This document shows, piece after piece, positions 61,141 through 64,000 of a stretch of 64,000 bases of DNA; the first letter of the stretch is position 1; the number at the start of each line of letters is the position of its first letter. The stretch comes from a virus. A model generated the notes under the pieces. The model was given only the letters and a program-made list of their open reading frames with translations. It was not told where the DNA came from and searched no databases. Made by a program: the position numbers and the translations under genes. The stretch spans positions 84,341 through 148,340 of the IMG/VR virus record IMGVR_UViG_3300031963_000020, one strand, 5' to 3'.

Positions 61141-61710
61141 ATGGCTACGGCACCATCACCGATGATGCCTCCCACCACGACCAGTATGCGGGACGCTGGT
61201 ATCTATTACCTTTGTGATGAGTTTAACACGAATGTTGCAAAGGATGTAGTCTCGTGGATTATGGAGGCAAACTTAAACAATAGCAAGAAGTTCGACCATC
61301 TCACGTTAATGATTACCAGTTATGGTGGTGACTTATCAGCAGCATTCTCAATTATTGATGTGATGCGGGGAAGTAAGATTCCTGTGCATACGGTTGGTTT
61401 GGGATGTATCGCATCGGCAGGATTATTAACCTTCATTTCTGGTGCAAAGAAAAATCGTGTCATCACACCAAATACCAGTATCTTGTCTCACCAATGGTCG
61501 TGGGGTCAAGTTGGTAAGGAACATGAACTTATCGCAACGATGCGTGAGTTTGAGTTGACTACCATCCGTATGATTAATCATTACAAGAAATGCACGGGAT
61601 TATCGGACAAGATGATTCGTGAACGACTTCTTCCACCACAGGACGTATGGCTTTCACCACAGGAAGCATTGAAATACAAGCTCTGTGATGCGGTAAAGGA
61701 TATTGCGTAA
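61141..61710 (+). CDS. clpP: ClpP-like protease
   Basis: ITSYGG, GCIASAG (Ser), SHQ (His), D.WLSPQEALKYKLCD. Confidence 0.85.
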   Translation: MATAPSPMMPPTTTSMRDAGIYYLCDEFNTNVAKDVVSWIMEANLNNSKKFDHLTLMITSYGGDLSAAFSIIDVMRGSKIPVHTVGLGCIASAGLLTFISGAKKNRVITPNTSILSHQWSWGQVGKEHELIATMREFELTTIRMINHYKKCTGLSDKMIRERLLPPQDVWLSPQEALKYKLCDAVKDIA

Positions 61711-62426
61711 TGAAAGTATGTGTGTTTTCTTCACCACGAACTCTTTCTATGTTGATACCAAATTTACTAGAACGATATTTAGGATTAACAAACTATAGAG
61801 AAACATTTGCATATCCTAAACGTGTTTATGAAGTTGATTATCATCGTTTGATGAGATTGGTTGATAATGACAACTACGTTGTGAAGATTACACCATCGTC
61901 TTTTCACCATGGAACATTTTTACGACCTGATATTTTTCCGTGGTTAGCGTTTGATAAGATTATAATATTAAATCGTAAAAATATAGTAGAACAAGTTGCG
62001 AGCTGGTTGGTTCTGTCGTATGCACAAACAATAGACCCAAATAATATTTTAGATAGTATAGTAAAAGCATTGAAAGACGTAAAACAAATACGAATTCCTG
62101 TCAGTTTACTACGGTATTCTTTACGATGTATAAATGAGTTTTACCAAATAAACGAACTTATACAAAAGCAAGGAGTTACTACACTTACCTTGACATACGA
62201 AAATTTTGAGGTAAACTCAACAGAATATATATCTACACTTGGTAATTTCTTTGGAGTAAAATTTACACAAGAACACGTAGATAGCGTCAGTGTAAATTTT
62301 ACTGGTGTAGATTATAGTGAATATATTGAATACAAGCAACTAGATTTAATGTGTAGAAATATTATAGAAGAAGATAACTTATCTTACTTAAAGGAACAAA
62401 TAAATCTTGGAAACATCATTTGTTGA
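61710..62426 (+). CDS. Sulfotransferase-like (Stf0-type) protein
   Basis: SSPRT.S...E.F...VVK...IILNRKNIVEQVASW...LTYE. Confidence 0.5.
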   Translation: MKVCVFSSPRTLSMLIPNLLERYLGLTNYRETFAYPKRVYEVDYHRLMRLVDNDNYVVKITPSSFHHGTFLRPDIFPWLAFDKIIILNRKNIVEQVASWLVLSYAQTIDPNNILDSIVKALKDVKQIRIPVSLLRYSLRCINEFYQINELIQKQGVTTLTLTYENFEVNSTEYISTLGNFFGVKFTQEHVDSVSVNFTGVDYSEYIEYKQLDLMCRNIIEEDNLSYLKEQINLGNIIC

Positions 62427-63234
62427 TATCTCCCGTGTATCAGTCCGTGAAATCAGTAAGGCTGTGGCACGGGACTTTATCGAAAAGCACCATTACACAC
62501 ATAAGTTCAGTTCGACCCGATATGCCTTAGGGATTTTTTATCGGGAGGAAACTGAGCATATGTTTTTTGCCGGTGAAAACGAACAACTGATTGGATGTAT
62601 GACTTATGGGCATCCTGTGAGTAATCGCACGGTAGATAGTATTGTTGATGGATTGGAATTAGACGAGGTATTAGAACTCACCAGATTGGTGTGTTTAGAT
62701 GGGTATGGTAAGAACTTGGAAAGTTTTGTTATCGCACAATCCTTTGAATGGATGCGACAGAACGATAAAAGAGTAAAGGTATTAGTCAGTTACGCAGACC
62801 CCGAACAAGCACACACAGGTGGGATTTACCGAGCAACTAACTGGATTTATCAAGGATGTGGATATTCTAAACTGATGCCTGATTTTAGTCTCAGATTAAA
62901 AGAAGATGACCTCTGGATACATTCCCGAACCGTGGGGGCTAAGTTTGGAAATAAGAATGTAGAAAACTTGGCAAAAACAATCGGTCATACGTTCTGGAGA
63001 AAAGAGGAAACCGCAAAGCACCGATATATTTATTTCCTCTGTAACAAGAAGGAAAAGAAACAGATGATGAAGAACTTAAAGATACCCGTTATTCCGTATA
63101 ATGACATCAAGGAGTATGTACAGTTGATACAGAAGGTGCACGTAAAAGATGGAATAATTGAAAAGATTGAAGTGATACAAGGTGTGGACAATGGATGGAA
63201 ACCACAGAAGGTGGAATTACAGGAGAAAGTATGA
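62407..63234 (+). CDS. Second Mom-like (GNAT-fold) DNA modification protein
   Basis: FIEKHHY...LELTRL...KNLESFVIA...LVSYADPEQAHTGGIYRATNWIYQG...KHRYIY. Confidence 0.75.
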   Translation: METSFVDISRVSVREISKAVARDFIEKHHYTHKFSSTRYALGIFYREETEHMFFAGENEQLIGCMTYGHPVSNRTVDSIVDGLELDEVLELTRLVCLDGYGKNLESFVIAQSFEWMRQNDKRVKVLVSYADPEQAHTGGIYRATNWIYQGCGYSKLMPDFSLRLKEDDLWIHSRTVGAKFGNKNVENLAKTIGHTFWRKEETAKHRYIYFLCNKKEKKQMMKNLKIPVIPYNDIKEYVQLIQKVHVKDGIIEKIEVIQGVDNGWKPQKVELQEKV

Positions 63235-63935
63235 GAATAGTTGTGGTGTGTACGTCTAGGTCAAGTGGAGCAGCTGTTGCAAATATACTAGAAAAGAAAT
63301 ATAGTCTAAACAACTTGTCAGAGGTATTTGCTGACGGAAGTGGACTAACAGGTAATATACGAACAAAGTTAAAGAAGTTGAAGAAGATAGATAACTACGT
63401 GGCACGAGTGACTAGTACCACATTTTTACAAGCAAAATATTTTACATATAAAAACTTTCCGTGGAAGATATTTGATAAGATAGTGTTGGTCGAACGAGAT
63501 ATGGTAGAAACATGCGCAAGTTGGTTTTTGACGGGATATTGCCAAATAGAAGGATATAGTGAAGCGTCAGAAATGAATACGTTTCTAGAAGAAAAACTTA
63601 AAACACCAAAAGATATTTTGTTAGACGAAGGGCAATTGCAGAATATAGTAGAGGACATAGATTTCTTCTATTCTGTTATCAAACCATATATGATAACAAA
63701 TTATCCACAGGTATGTATAATATCTCGTGAATTAGTCAGCAGACCACAAGAAGAATTTTTACCAATATTATCTAACATTCTGGGTGATGAAATTACCACA
63801 GAACATTTAGAAATACAGCGATTTCCAAAAGATTACTTAGATTTCATACAACAATCTGGATTGGCAGATGTTATAAATTCTATTAGAGAGAAATTACATG
63901 CTATACCTGATACGCCACGGGACAACGCAGTTTAA
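63231..63935 (+). CDS. Second sulfotransferase-like protein (paralog of 61710)
   Basis: TSRSSG...L.NLSEVF...DNYV..VT...FPW..FDKI.L..R..VE..ASW shared with 61710; AGGAG SD. Confidence 0.5.
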   Translation: MRIVVVCTSRSSGAAVANILEKKYSLNNLSEVFADGSGLTGNIRTKLKKLKKIDNYVARVTSTTFLQAKYFTYKNFPWKIFDKIVLVERDMVETCASWFLTGYCQIEGYSEASEMNTFLEEKLKTPKDILLDEGQLQNIVEDIDFFYSVIKPYMITNYPQVCIISRELVSRPQEEFLPILSNILGDEITTEHLEIQRFPKDYLDFIQQSGLADVINSIREKLHAIPDTPRDNAV

Positions 63936-64000
63936 CTCACGAGCAGAAGTGCAAGAACACGGAGAACGTATTCGTGGGTGGTTAAACATATCGTTAGACG

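Noticed and set aside
1-64000. Stop-codon reassignment, inteins or introns in core genes; prophage context
   Set aside because: Core genes are full length and uninterrupted in the standard code; no integrase or host-like gene block is present.

Overview
This 64 kb window comes from a large, AT-rich, T4-like lytic tailed phage (probably a jumbo myovirus). Essentially all genes lie on the + strand. Layout: (1) 0.1-22.1 kb is a fibre/appendage module with giant Ser/Thr-rich repeat proteins, collagen-like proteins and four proteins built from [HF]-x-[DN] repeats. (2) 22.2-25.4 kb holds a radical SAM/SPASM enzyme, a small HADHxD protein and a methyltransferase fusion. (3) 25.7-37.6 kb holds a SNF2 helicase and the tail chaperone, tape-measure and baseplate genes. 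(4) 37.6-64 kb holds replication, nucleotide-metabolism and modification genes: PolA-like, SSB, RecA/UvsX, 5'-3' exonuclease, helicase, class II RNR, thioredoxin, dUTPase, IscA, PolB, ligase, clamp and loader, ClpP, Mom-like and sulfotransferase-like proteins, and 2OG oxygenases. Main discovery: the four repeat proteins form two adjacent gene pairs (16636/18306 and 20025/21239). In each pair the irregular 5/7/9/11-residue spacing of motifs in the second protein is the mirror image of the first (43/43 and 34/37 intervals by hand count). In that mirrored register Phe always faces His and never Phe, and Asp is concentrated in His-His rungs. This suggests a sequence-coded antiparallel two-chain protein zipper or needle, encoded directly upstream of a radical SAM enzyme of the type that cross-links aromatic-x-Asn/Asp motifs in RiPPs. 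Family assignments come from motif recognition only; no searches were run.
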